This document shows, piece by piece, positions 19,908 to 29,705 of a stretch of 56,325 nucleotides of DNA. The stretch is from a virus. Lineage: Duplodnaviria; Caudoviricetes. The notes under the pieces were generated by a model. That model saw only the letters and a list, made by a program, of their open reading frames with translations. It was not told where the DNA came from and did not search any database. Positions within the stretch are counted from its first letter, which is position 1; every line of letters starts with the position of its first letter. A program made the position numbers and the translations under genes. The stretch spans positions 1 to 56,325 of IMG/VR virus record IMGVR_UViG_3300042868_007474; one strand, given 5' to 3'.

Positions 19908-19996
19908 CTCTGGAAGCCCGCCCTCTGGCGACCCGTGGCTAACCTCTGGCAAGCCACGCAAGGGCTCTGGCGACCCTCTGGCGACCTCTGGCGACC
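19908..19996 (+). repeat. CTCTGG(CGACC) direct repeats
   Basis: Six copies at 19908, 19923, 19944, 19965, 19976, 19986. Confidence 0.7.
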
Positions 19997-20144
19997 TGTC
20001 CCTGCCTCACCCTCGGACGGCGTAAACGCCCCGCCCAGCGGGGCTTAAAACTATTTTGAAAATAAAACAAAAATGTCCTTGTGTGTTTCGGCGGTCTCTG
20101 ATTGTGTGTCGGTGTTCCCACTAACAACTAACAAAAATAAAAAT

Positions 20145-20444
20145 ATGACCACCACCGACCTCGCCACCCTTTCCGCCCGCAACCTCCTCGCCGATGCCTT
20201 CGGTGCGAACGGAGGCCATGTCGGCTACCTTGTGGACGAACTCAACCGCCTCGTCCGCAACGCCCCCATCGGGCAGGAGCGGGCGATTGTCGCCCGTGGC
20301 GTGGCGGGCATCCGCTACGACCGCTACGACCCCCTGCTGGGTCTCCGCTATAACGATGCCTTCTGGACGGCGGTGGACGACCTCTGCTGGATGGAGGAGG
20401 CCAACGCCGAGGTGGTCTCCACCTTCTACTCGGAGGAGGAGTAA
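20145..20444 (+). CDS. Array hypothetical protein
   Basis: MTTTDLATLS; own promoter upstream. Confidence 0.7.
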   Translation: MTTTDLATLSARNLLADAFGANGGHVGYLVDELNRLVRNAPIGQERAIVARGVAGIRYDRYDPLLGLRYNDAFWTAVDDLCWMEEANAEVVSTFYSEEE

Positions 20445-20618
20445 AACTCCGAGCCCGAGCCGAGAGGTTCGGGTTTCGTTTTGCTCCCGCCTAGCAAACG
20501 GAGCGACCCGAGCGGACGGCTGGTCGCTAGGCCGCACACACGCCGAAAGTTTTTTAAAATAGTTGTTGTAATTTTCGGGACGGGTGTCAGTCTCGGAGAT
20601 GCACCAACCGCAACACCC

Positions 20619-20852
20619 ATGACCTCCCTCGCCCTCGACTCCCTCCTCGCTGACCTCGCCAAGGCTCAGAACGCCGTGGAGAACGCCATGCACACCGCCA
20701 CGAAGTTGGAGCAAGCCGATTGGTGGATGGAGGGTGGCAAGATGGTAGTCGGTCGCCACGCCAAGGCCGCTCGCACCCGCCTTGCCAAGGCTCGCCGTGA
20801 GCGTGACCGCCTCACCCGCAGGGTGGACGACCTCAAGGCACGGATGGGCTGA
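20619..20852 (+). CDS. Array hypothetical protein
   Basis: MTSLALDS; promoter upstream, hairpins downstream. Confidence 0.7.
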   Translation: MTSLALDSLLADLAKAQNAVENAMHTATKLEQADWWMEGGKMVVGRHAKAARTRLAKARRERDRLTRRVDDLKARMG

Positions 20853-20993
20853 CCGCCCCCCGAGGGGGCTCATCCGAGAGGATGGGCTTTTTCGGCGACC
20901 CCGTTGCTAGGTAGCATGGTGACGAAAATAATTTAAAAATGTTCTTGTGCTTCGGGCGGGTTGTGCTACTGTGTCTTTGTTCCCACTACACCA

Positions 20994-21128
20994 ATGCTCG
21001 CCAAACACTACACCGCCCTCGTCAAGTTCAATGAAACCGCCTCGGTCATCCGCTCCGTCAAAGAGATGTTGAAGGCCGACAAAGCCCGCACCCGCAAGAT
21101 GTGGGCTGACCGCAAGGCGGGCAAGTAA
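20994..21128 (+). CDS. Array micro-protein (44 aa, not in ORF track)
   Basis: MLAKHYTALVKFNETASVIRSVKEMLKADKARTRKMWADRKAGK; own promoter. Confidence 0.65.
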   Translation: MLAKHYTALVKFNETASVIRSVKEMLKADKARTRKMWADRKAGK

Positions 21129-21225
21129 GCCCGCCCGACCTTCGTCACCCCGTCCGAAAATAATTGAAAATAAATCTTGTAATCCAAAAACATTCTGTCA
21201 CTCTGTAATAGTTCCCACTACACCA

Positions 21226-21393
21226 ATGACCCACCAAGAAACCGTCCGTCACCTCCGCCTCGCCCACGCCCGCCATATGGCGACCTTCGACCGCTATGCC
21301 AAAGCGGGCAACGCCTCCGAGGCAAAGTATTGGCTCGGGCGAGCCGCCGAGGCTCACCAGAAACTGCTCGACCTCGGAGAGGTGGCTATCTAA
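21226..21393 (+). CDS. Array micro-protein (55 aa, not in ORF track)
   Basis: MTHQETVRHLRLAHARH...; shares leader GTTCCCACTACACCA with 20994; hairpin at 21410-21425. Confidence 0.65.
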   Translation: MTHQETVRHLRLAHARHMATFDRYAKAGNASEAKYWLGRAAEAHQKLLDLGEVAI

Positions 21394-21517
21394 CGCCACC
21401 CGAGGCAACGCCCCCGAAAGGGGGCTTCGGCTTTGCCGTTTGCTAGGTGTGGGCTACGAAAGATTTCTGAAAATAGTTCTATCTTTTTTTGGAGGGGTGT
21501 GGTATAGTGTATGAGTA

Positions 21518-21766
21518 ATGAAAAACCTCATCTCCATCGCACCGCTCACCATCATCCGCAAGTCCGCCAGCGGACTCGCTGTCGAGGTCGTCACCGCTCA
21601 AGTCGAGGGCATGATGTGCCTTCGCCGAAACTTCGGCATCTGCGGGAAGTGGCTTCCCCTCTCGCAGGTGGTCGTAAAAGACCGCAAGGTGGTCGCCGTC
21701 TCGGGCTGGCTGGTCAAGGCCAAGAAACTCGACCTCCTGCCCGAGGGTGAGGTCGGGGCTTGGTAA
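21518..21766 (+). CDS. Array hypothetical protein
   Basis: 82 aa with WLPLSQV motif; ATG directly after TATAGT. Confidence 0.7.
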   Translation: MKNLISIAPLTIIRKSASGLAVEVVTAQVEGMMCLRRNFGICGKWLPLSQVVVKDRKVVAVSGWLVKAKKLDLLPEGEVGAW

Positions 21767-21905
21767 GCCACCGCCTCGGGGTCTCACGACCTCGGGGCTT
21801 TTTCCTGTCGGTTTTCTAGGCTAAGATATTTTAGAAAAAACAAAAATACTTCTCGACATTTCGTCCGACCTCGCCATTGTCATAGATGCACCAACCGCAA
21901 CACCA

Positions 21906-22097
21906 ATGAACAAGCCCAGCAAACTCCTCCTCACCAACGCCCCCCGAGCCCTCGCCCTTGAGGTCAAGATGGCAAAGGTTCGGGTCAAGCAACTCAAGGA
22001 ACGCATCAAACAAAGCAAGCGAGATGAAGCCCGAGCCAAGGTCGAACTCCTCGGGGCTGAGTCTGTCCTCGCAAAACTCCTCGCACGGGTTGCGTAA
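21906..22097 (+). CDS. Array hypothetical protein
   Basis: 63 aa, basic coiled coil. Confidence 0.65.
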   Translation: MNKPSKLLLTNAPRALALEVKMAKVRVKQLKERIKQSKRDEARAKVELLGAESVLAKLLARVA

Positions 22098-22229
22098 GCG
22101 ACAAGCCCTTGCCTCGGGGTCAGCCGACCTCGGGGCTTCGGCTTCGCCGTTTGCTAGGTCTTGGTATCGCAAAGAAAATAGAAAATAGTTCTTGTATTTT
22201 TCTTCGGCCTGTTCTAATGTATTGGAGTT

Positions 22230-22424
22230 ATGAAAAACACCACCACGCAGGAAGTCGTCACCGAAATGTCCCTCAAGGATGCCCAAGGCATCGCCAAGTT
22301 CTTGGCGGGGCGAGCCGAGGTCGAAAAGACCGAGGAAGCCCGCAACGCCGTCGCCCTCTGGGAGATGGAGGTCGCTCGGCTGTCGTCCGAACTTGACAAC
22401 CTTCGGAGCGGGCTGGCGGGCTAA
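22230..22424 (+). CDS. Array hypothetical protein
   Basis: 64 aa; own promoter and terminator. Confidence 0.65.
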   Translation: MKNTTTQEVVTEMSLKDAQGIAKFLAGRAEVEKTEEARNAVALWEMEVARLSSELDNLRSGLAG

Positions 22425-22554
22425 CGCCCCCCCGCCTCGGATGGAACAGCCCCTCACGGGGCTTTTTTGTAGCACAGACCTAGCAAAGATAATTGCGTGT
22501 TGGGTGAAAATATATCTCGACACGGGGCGACCATTGTGCAGGATAGTGGATGTT

Positions 22555-22824
22555 ATGACTACCACCGCCTTCGACCACATCATCCCCTTCAACTCCCGTA
22601 TGCTCGACCTCGCCCTCGCCCGTATGCGATATGACAGCGAGCCCACCGAGGCCAACCGAGCCCGCCGAACGGGTGCGGAGCAATCGGCCTTTGATGCCCT
22701 CCGTGTCGCCCGTCCGCACATCCACCCCGACACCTTCCTTGCCCTCCTCGCCCTCATCCCCGCCGTCACGGGGTCGGTCAATCCGAACGGCATCCGTGTC
22801 GTCCCCCGCCAGCGGACGGCGTGA
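22555..22824 (+). CDS. Array hypothetical protein
   Basis: MTTTAFDH, near-leaderless start. Confidence 0.65.
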   Translation: MTTTAFDHIIPFNSRMLDLALARMRYDSEPTEANRARRTGAEQSAFDALRVARPHIHPDTFLALLALIPAVTGSVNPNGIRVVPRQRTA

Positions 22825-22926
22825 GGGTCGGGGGTCGCCGAGACCGCTCGGCGGCTTCGCCGTTTGCTAGGCGGCGTAAACGCTCGCAGACGCTCATAAA
22901 AGTTTTCAGCGTGAGTCCTTTGCTAC

Positions 22927-22956
22927 ATTGTAGCATAAAAAACGGGTCTCCGTCAA
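22927..22956 (-). promoter_or_regulatory. Antisense sigma70-type promoter (one of eight)
   Basis: TTGACG-18-TACAAT with extended TG. Confidence 0.65.
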
Positions 22957-23061
22957 TACTTAATTTCATTTTTTATTTCAAAAATAAATCACAATTGTCT
23001 TGTGCTTCTCGGATAGTTCGCCATTGTAGTTCTTGTCACCCGACACCCAACACCAAAACAT

Positions 23062-23295
23062 ATGCACCCCGCCCCCCAGAACTGCACCGCCCCCGAACTG
23101 TTCCTCTACTCCGCCACTCGGACTTACCTCCGCTTGGAAGCCCGCACGGACGGGCGGATGTCGATGAGCAAGGCCGCTCGCCCCAACGCCCTCCTCCTCT
23201 TGGAGGTTCACGCAGGGGTCAAACTCCCCAAGCGTGTCAAGGCGACCGAACTGCTCGCCAAGTTTGAGGAAGCCTTCGGCAAGTATCTCCCGTAA
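23062..23295 (+). CDS. Array hypothetical protein
   Basis: 77 aa; own promoter and terminator. Confidence 0.7.
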   Translation: MHPAPQNCTAPELFLYSATRTYLRLEARTDGRMSMSKAARPNALLLLEVHAGVKLPKRVKATELLAKFEEAFGKYLP

Positions 23296-23392
23296 GGGAG
23301 GACGGCCAATGGTAACAGCCCCCTGTCGGGGGCTTTGTCATTTGTAAAAATCATTTTTACAATTTTTACAATTAGAGTGCCTACGAAACTAA

Positions 23393-23410
23393 ATGACGGG
23401 TATCGGTCAT
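23393..23410. promoter_or_regulatory. AYGAC-N8-GTCRT palindrome (type example)
   Basis: ATGAC-GGGTATCG-GTCAT; similar sites lie upstream of many array promoters. Confidence 0.7.
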
Positions 23411-23469
23411 AAACTTTTTTAAAAAAAGTGCTTGTGATTTTTCGAACCTTCGTCCATAGTGATGGAGTA

Positions 23470-23727
23470 ATGAATACCGAACCTTCTATGACCCCGAAAG
23501 AAATCATCACGGACTGCGAAAACAAGTGTCGCTTCCTCAACGGCCAGATTGCTGGCATCGACAAGGCTCTCCGCCTCTTGGCTAACGCTCTCTCGCCCGA
23601 AGGGCTGGCGATGGTCGCCTCTCTGGAAGCGACTCGCAAGACCCTTGACGACCAAGCGACCGCTCTCTCTGTCAAGCGACAGGACGCAGAAATCGCCCTT
23701 TACACGACCGATTTGAGCAAGGAGTAA
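23470..23727 (+). CDS. Array hypothetical protein
   Basis: MNTEPSMTPK, coiled coil. Confidence 0.65.
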   Translation: MNTEPSMTPKEIITDCENKCRFLNGQIAGIDKALRLLANALSPEGLAMVASLEATRKTLDDQATALSVKRQDAEIALYTTDLSKE

Positions 23728-23891
23728 GCAAGGTCGGGCGGGGCTAACGCCCTGCCCTTTTTTGCGACCCGTTTCCTAGGCGGAATTATTTCACTTTGAC
23801 GAAAGATTTTTCTTTCTTTTTTCCGACACCCGTGCTATTGTCCTCTTGTCGCCGTGAGCGACACAAAACCAAAACCAAACCAAACAAAACC

Positions 23892-24074
23892 ATGACCCCC
23901 GCCACCACCGCCATCGTCTCGCAGTTCAACGCCCTCGCCGAGAAGCACCCCAAGGAAGCGACCGCCATCCGCCTCCGCAACCACCTCCTCGCCCCCAAGG
24001 CGAACGCCGAGGAGGCCGTCCTCAAAGGCTTCTGGCTGATGATGGTCGCCGAACTCCGACAGGCGGTCAAGTAA
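23892..24074 (+). CDS. Array protein, paralog of 19142..19324
   Basis: See 19142. Confidence 0.75.
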   Translation: MTPATTAIVSQFNALAEKHPKEATAIRLRNHLLAPKANAEEAVLKGFWLMMVAELRQAVK

Positions 24075-24245
24075 GCCCCCACGGGTCAAGGCAAGGCTCG
24101 CCCCACGGGGCGGGCTTTTTTGTTGCCCGAGGTTCTCGACCTCGACCACCCCGTTTGCTAGGCCGCACGGGTAGCAAAAATAATTAAAATAGTTCTCGAC
24201 CTTTTTGGAAACATACCCCATAGTCATCTTATCGAAACAACCCTT

Positions 24246-24491
24246 ATGTCCTCCTCCTCCCTCTTCATCTCCCTCGGCGACCTGCTCGACCCCAACTGCC
24301 CCGTGGCAAAGGTCGCCCGAGAAAACGCCCGCCTCCACGCCGAGGAGGTCGCCCGAGTGACCGCCCTTGTCGCCGAGCGGGAAGCCTCCAAAGCCCGCTG
24401 GGCGGCGATGAGCAAGGAGGACAAGGAGGAAGCGATGCAGGATTGGGAATGGTCTATGATGCCCGAGGGCGAGGACTACCCCGAGGACTGA
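24246..24491 (+). CDS. Array hypothetical protein
   Basis: 81 aa with acidic C-terminus. Confidence 0.7.
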   Translation: MSSSSLFISLGDLLDPNCPVAKVARENARLHAEEVARVTALVAEREASKARWAAMSKEDKEEAMQDWEWSMMPEGEDYPED

Positions 24492-24632
24492 CCTCCTCGC
24501 CGAGCGGGAAGCCCGTAGTGAACGGGCGTTCACCGCCCTGCCGCCTACGAAACATAAAGACAGGTATCGCTCATAAAAAAAGTTAAAATAGTTCTCGCAA
24601 TTTTCTAAACGATGGTCATAGTCATAGATGTT

Positions 24633-24848
24633 ATGAACCTCATCCTCCTCACTACCTCCCTCCGCCACCCCGACCTGTCGTCTTACCGCCAGCCCGATGG
24701 CTCGACCCACTACCTCGCCGATGCTTACAGCACGGGCTGGTATCGAGCCCAAGGCGAGCAGTTGGAGGCGACTGTTAAGACCCTCCTCTCGGAGGTCGAA
24801 GCCAAGGACAAGGAAATCGAACGCCTCACCGCCCTCCTCGCCCGATAA
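24633..24848 (+). CDS. Array hypothetical protein
   Basis: MNLILLTTS; own promoter and terminator. Confidence 0.7.
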   Translation: MNLILLTTSLRHPDLSSYRQPDGSTHYLADAYSTGWYRAQGEQLEATVKTLLSEVEAKDKEIERLTALLAR

Positions 24849-25011
24849 GGGCGAAGGTCGGAACGCCCCCGAGGTCGGGGGCTTTTTGTTGCTCGGTTTG
24901 CTAGGTCTGCCTCCCGCAAAGATTTTAAAAATAGTTCTGGTATTTTCGGGCTGGGTGTGCTATTGTATCTTTGCAATCAGCAACCCAATCCAACCCAAAT
25001 CCAACGCCACT

Positions 25012-25287
25012 ATGTTCCCCCGCAATACCGACCCCACCCGTGAAGAAATGGTCGCCTTCCTTAAGGCAACCCCTCTGCATGACCATCGTGAGACCGCTGA
25101 CAGCATTGAGTTAGCCATCCACGCCTTCGCCACGGAAAACTACGATGGGCAGTTCTCCAACCTCTACATCGCCCTCTCCGCCTCGCCCGTCAGTTCTTAT
25201 GAGAACATTGACAGGGATTGGCTGGAAGCAAACGATGCGACCGCCTGTATGATGTTTGACGACCTTGAAACCGCCTTCGCTGGCTAA
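25012..25287 (+). CDS. Array hypothetical protein
   Basis: MFPRNTDPTREEM...YDGQFSNLYIALSASP. Confidence 0.7.
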   Translation: MFPRNTDPTREEMVAFLKATPLHDHRETADSIELAIHAFATENYDGQFSNLYIALSASPVSSYENIDRDWLEANDATACMMFDDLETAFAG

Positions 25288-25333
25288 CCCTCACGCCCCC
25301 CGCAAGGGGGGCAACCCCTCACCCTCCAAAAAA

Positions 25334-25447
25334 ATGTTCGACCCTCACCAAATGGATTACATAGTCGGGATGTTCTACCTCGGGCTTGCCGCCGCTGGCA
25401 TCTGCCTTGTTGGCTGGCTCTGCCTCCGCATCTTCGGCGACCTCTGA
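25334..25447 (+). CDS. Small membrane peptide
   Basis: 37 aa with one hydrophobic helix. Confidence 0.5.
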   Translation: MFDPHQMDYIVGMFYLGLAAAGICLVGWLCLRIFGDL

Positions 25448-25629
25448 CCGCCTCGGACGGGCTCGGGCTCGGGCGGTTGCTCGGGCTCGGGCTTTGCCTT
25501 GCGACCCAAAGCAACGGCGTTTCCCATACCTATGCTGTATGCTAGGTCTGGGTAGTGAACGGATGTTCAGTAGTAAGATTTTTAAAATAGTTCTTGTTTT
25601 TTTTCGTGGGTCGGGTATGGTGGTGGAGT

Positions 25630-26043
25630 ATGAAACACATCCCCGCCACCGACCTCGCCTCCGACACCTCCAACGCCCCCGCCCCCGCCCTCTGGGCTCT
25701 CGGGCGTGAGTTGTTCCCCCGCCCCGCCTCCGCCAAGTCCCACAAGGCCAAGGTCGAGGCCATCCTCGCCTCCCCCTCCGACCTCCGCCGTCTCGCCGCC
25801 GAGTCGGGCTGGAAGGTTCTCTCGGCTTTCGCCGATAAGGTCGCCAAGACCGCCAATTGGAACGACTATTGCGACCGCCACTCCACGCATTGGGGCTATA
25901 ACCGCAAGATGTTCTGGTCTGACAAGATGGTTTCCTGTGTCGAGCGGGCTCTCGCCTCGGTCAAGGGTTTCGAGCCCTCCGAGGTCGCCGAGTGGCAGTC
26001 CGAGTGCGACCATTGGGATGCCCTCCGCAAGGGCGAAATCTAA
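25630..26043 (+). CDS. Array hypothetical protein
   Basis: MKHIPATD, 137 aa. Confidence 0.7.
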   Translation: MKHIPATDLASDTSNAPAPALWALGRELFPRPASAKSHKAKVEAILASPSDLRRLAAESGWKVLSAFADKVAKTANWNDYCDRHSTHWGYNRKMFWSDKMVSCVERALASVKGFEPSEVAEWQSECDHWDALRKGEI

Positions 26044-26422
26044 TCCCCCCGCCACAAGGCAACCAGCCCCCGACAAGGGGGCTTTTTTGTGCCTCCGTTA
26101 TTTCAGCCCTCCGAGACGATGGCTATCGAGAAAGCCACGGGGGTCTGCTTGCCCTCTGGCTTGGCATCTGGCGGGCTTTGGCTACGGAGACGGGTCAATG
26201 GTCGGGCTTGGCTACGCAAGCCCTCTACGGGGCTTTAAATCGTGCGGAGATTGGACGGCCTTAACCTCCGCAAATCTGCGTAGATTGCACAGACCTAGCA
26301 AACGCACCGCCCGCTCCGCTCCGCTGGTTGCTAGGTGGCTGGTTCGCAAAAGATTTTAAAAATAGTTCTCGCAATTTTCGCAATCCCTGTCATAGTCTTT
26401 TTATTGTTCTTATAAAAACCAC

Positions 26423-26528
26423 GGAGACGGGACGGGTGTCCTGCTGGAAAGCCCGCAAGGGCGGGGGGCTTAACAGCCCTTCGGGTGAAATCCCAAGGTA
26501 GAGGGTTCGACTCCCTCCGTCTCCTCCA
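26423..26528 (+). ncRNA. Non-canonical tRNA-like RNA in its own promoter unit
   Basis: Acceptor GGAGACG/CGTCTCC + U + CCA; T-arm GAGGG-TTCGACT-CCCTC; aberrant multi-hairpin middle. Confidence 0.7.
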
Positions 26529-26590
26529 TTTTAAAATAATTAAAAATAGTTCTCGACTTTTTTCCGACCCGTGTCATAGTCATCTATGTT

Positions 26591-26725
26591 ATGAAAAACA
26601 AAGTTACCTTCGCTCAAGTCCTCCTCTCCGTCCGCAAGGTCGGGGGTCGCCCCTCGGTCGCCTTCCTCCCCAAGAAGGCCAAGGCCAAGGCCGACCGCCA
26701 CTCTTGGAAGAAGGAGCAGGAGTAA
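26591..26725 (+). CDS. Basic micro-protein (44 aa), paralog of 34590..34721
   Basis: MKNKVTFAQVLLSVRKVGGRPSVAFLPKKAKAKADRHSWKKEQE. Confidence 0.7.
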   Translation: MKNKVTFAQVLLSVRKVGGRPSVAFLPKKAKAKADRHSWKKEQE

Positions 26726-26867
26726 GGCACACGCCCCCGAGGTCGGGGGCTTCTTGCTACCCAAGACCTACGGAACTTAATGGCAGATGCCAATCATAAA
26801 ATAATTAAAATAGTTCTCGACTTATTCCTGCCCCGTGGCATAGTCATAGATGCACCAACCAAAACAT

Positions 26868-27071
26868 ATGAACCGCACCGAAAAAATCGAATCCATCCTC
26901 ACCCACATCTCTTACTCCGTCTCACAGGCGAAGGCATCGAAGAAGGAGGGTCTCCGCAACGCCGAGCGGTCTTACCTTCACGACATCTCCGACCTCGCCC
27001 TTGAACTGTCCCGCCTCACGGCAATCGAGTGGAGCAAGGCAAGCAACGCCGAGACTGTCACCAAGGAGTGA
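26868..27071 (+). CDS. Array hypothetical protein
   Basis: MNRTEKIES. Confidence 0.65.
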   Translation: MNRTEKIESILTHISYSVSQAKASKKEGLRNAERSYLHDISDLALELSRLTAIEWSKASNAETVTKE

Positions 27072-27220
27072 GGTCTCTCGGCAACACGCCCCCGAGAGGG
27101 GGCTTGTCCGTAGCACGGGCCTAGCAAACATAACGACAGATACCGCTCATAAAAAAGATAAAATAGTTATTGCATTTTCGGCGACCCGTGTCATTCTTCT
27201 CTATGCACCCAGCAACACCA

Positions 27221-27547
27221 ATGAAAACCAAAGCCAAAACCAAACTGTTCGAATTCCACCAAAACAACTCGGGAGGCCACTTCTGGCTGACGGAGGACAT
27301 CGGCCACAAGACCTTTATCGAGGCCAAGAGCCCCAAGGAGGCCGACAAGATTGCCGAGGGCAAGGGCATCTACTTCCACGGCATCGGCGACTGTGAGTGC
27401 TGTGGGGCTCGCTTCTCCTCCTCGACCAATTGGGGTGGCAAGCCCTTCGAAGGCGACCCCTTTGAGTTCGACAAGTGGGACAGGTCTGGCTCGGTTCACA
27501 TCGTCCACTACAAGGACGGCACTCGGAAGTCCCAGACCAAGGAGTGA
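27221..27547 (+). CDS. Phage protein with QNNSGG...GIYF.G..DCECCG motif (putative Zn-binding)
   Basis: Pattern recalled from phage early-region proteins, not searched. Confidence 0.7.
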   Translation: MKTKAKTKLFEFHQNNSGGHFWLTEDIGHKTFIEAKSPKEADKIAEGKGIYFHGIGDCECCGARFSSSTNWGGKPFEGDPFEFDKWDRSGSVHIVHYKDGTRKSQTKE

Positions 27548-27663
27548 ACAACAGCCCCCTCGGTGGGGGCTTTCTTGTGACCCGTTTGCTAGGTCGCATG
27601 GTCGCCGAAAATATTTAAAATAGTTGTTGCATTTTCCGACCCCTGTGCTATTGTGATGGAGTT

Positions 27664-27858
27664 ATGACCAACACCGACCCAGAAGAATACACCCAAGACG
27701 ACTACATCCAAGACTGCATTGACGAGTCCGAGCGGGCTTGGTCTCGCTGTGGGCGAGACGAGGACACCGAGGAGGACGAGGACTCTGGCGAGGAGTCCTG
27801 CGAGGACGAGGAGGAGGACGATGACGGCTCGTATTGTCGCACGACTCGGATGTGCTAA
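27664..27858 (+). CDS. Extremely acidic micro-protein
   Basis: 27 of 64 residues are D/E. Confidence 0.65.
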   Translation: MTNTDPEEYTQDDYIQDCIDESERAWSRCGRDEDTEEDEDSGEESCEDEEEDDDGSYCRTTRMC

Positions 27859-27986
27859 CGGACGGAACGCCCCGAAAGGGGCTTGTCCGCACATAGTGCC
27901 TACGGAACTTAATGGATGGTATCAGTCGTAAAATAGTTTAAAATAAACTTGCAATCGTCCGATGGATGACCATTCTAGTTTATGCA

Positions 27987-28262
27987 ATGAATAACTACTC
28001 CTCCCTCCGCAACCTGTCCGTAGTCGAACACAACCAGATGCTGGTGATGCGTTCCAACCCCAAGACGGAAACCGCTCGCATAAAGGCTCTCGACCTCCTG
28101 CTGGTTGAAATGGAAGCCCGCCGAAACTACCAGATGGCTCTCCCGTTGTCCTCCAAGGCTCTTCGCATCGCCTCTGGCAAGACCAACAAGGCTCTTCAAT
28201 CCTTCTTCAAGGCAAAGGACAAGGACAACGGTTTTGAGCCCACCTTTAAGGTGGTGGCATAA
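27987..28262 (+). CDS. Array hypothetical protein
   Basis: MNNYSSLRN. Confidence 0.7.
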   Translation: MNNYSSLRNLSVVEHNQMLVMRSNPKTETARIKALDLLLVEMEARRNYQMALPLSSKALRIASGKTNKALQSFFKAKDKDNGFEPTFKVVA

Positions 28263-28458
28263 AGATAGCCACAGGCAACCGAGCCCCCGAGAGGGGGTTT
28301 TCTTTTGGGTGCGTAGCATAGACCTAGCATACGGGGTGTGTGTCTATATGGTAGCATAAAAACTGCTTTGCGTCAATAACTATTTTCAAAATAAAAAAAC
28401 AAAAAAGATGAGAATGTGCTTGTGTCGGACGCAAGGAGTCTTATGTTCATAGTTGCTT

Positions 28459-28641
28459 ATGACGCTCCACTACATCATCACCAACCCGAACGAAACTGAC
28501 GAACAGGGGAACACCCTCTGCTGGTCGAACAAGGACGGATGGGTGTCCAAGGACACCGCCGACCGCTTCAACAAGGAGGACACCAACACCCTCACCCTGC
28601 CCGCTGGTGGCATCTGGGACTACACTATGACCTTGGACTAA
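28459..28641 (+). CDS. Array hypothetical protein
   Basis: LCWSNKDGWV...F...LP.GG.W motif. Confidence 0.7.
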   Translation: MTLHYIITNPNETDEQGNTLCWSNKDGWVSKDTADRFNKEDTNTLTLPAGGIWDYTMTLD

Positions 28642-28836
28642 CCCCCAACGCATAAGGCGAGAGGGGCAGGGAAACCTGCCCTTTTTCGTGACCCGATTGC
28701 TAGGTCGCTAATTGTAAAAAGATTGTAAAAATAAATCGTTCGAAAAATGAAAAATGTTCTTGTGCCAGAAAGATAAACCTGTATTGTCATCTATGTCACC
28801 AAGACACAACCCAACACAACCCAACACCCCCCGCAT

Positions 28837-29049
28837 ATGAACCACATCCCCGACTACGGCAAATACAGCATCGGCAAGACCGCCGACCTCCCCGCCAACG
28901 ACCCCATCCACGCCAACCCGAACGCCCTGCCGTTCTACATCTACGACACGATTGATGGCTATCTGGTCGATACTGTGGCGACCGAGAAGAAGGCAGTCGC
29001 CAAGGTTCTGGAATGGTGCGAGGATGACGAACTGATGGGCGACTTCTAA
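28837..29049 (+). CDS. Array hypothetical protein
   Basis: 70 aa. Confidence 0.7.
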   Translation: MNHIPDYGKYSIGKTADLPANDPIHANPNALPFYIYDTIDGYLVDTVATEKKAVAKVLEWCEDDELMGDF

Positions 29050-29226
29050 ACCGCCCAGCCCGACAGTCGCCCCCGCAAGGGGGCTTTGTCGTTTGTAAAA
29101 AAGTCTTTTACAATTTTTACAATTCAGTAGCCTAGCATCGTGGTCATAAAAATCTTTGCCAAAGTGAAAAATAAACTTGTGTTAGCCACGGGTCTCGTCT
29201 AGTGTATCCTCCTTCCCGCAATACAT

Positions 29227-29469
29227 ATGAACAACATCACCACCGCCAAGTTCAACTACCTGCCCGAGGCCATCAAGGCCGAATACATCAAGGCATCCAA
29301 AGCCCTGCTGTTCGCCGAGGCCGACCTCGCCCGCATCAAGGACGACCTCACCTCCTCGGACGGCGACATCTACACCGCCGAGGTCGCCCGAGGTATCGCC
29401 CTCACCGCCTTCCTTACCGCCAACAAGGCGAGGAATGAGGCGGCACAAGCGAACAACAAGGGAGTCTAA
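29227..29469 (+). CDS. Array hypothetical protein
   Basis: 80 aa. Confidence 0.7.
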   Translation: MNNITTAKFNYLPEAIKAEYIKASKALLFAEADLARIKDDLTSSDGDIYTAEVARGIALTAFLTANKARNEAAQANNKGV

Positions 29470-29705
29470 TCCCTTATGTCGCCCCCTTGCGGGGGCTTCC
29501 GACTGACCACCGATAAGGTGGCTTTCGTTATGCCTTTTGCTAGGTCTCTATATATAGATTATACACCCCCTTGCGTATGATGTAAAGAACAATATGCAAA
29601 AATTGGTTCATTTATTTTTGAATGTTCATTTTAGAATGAACTAACTATTTTAAAATAATTTCACTTTGGGCTTGTGCTTCTCCGTGCATCTGTCATCTTA
29701 CTTCT

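Noticed and set aside
18870-20048. 392-aa Pro/Arg-rich plus-strand ORF
   Set aside because: Off-frame shadow of three small C-rich genes and a repeat region; low-complexity translation
26423-26528. tRNA-Sec or suppressor tRNA
   Set aside because: No TCA, CTA or TTA anticodon in a proper loop; acceptor stem is 7 bp
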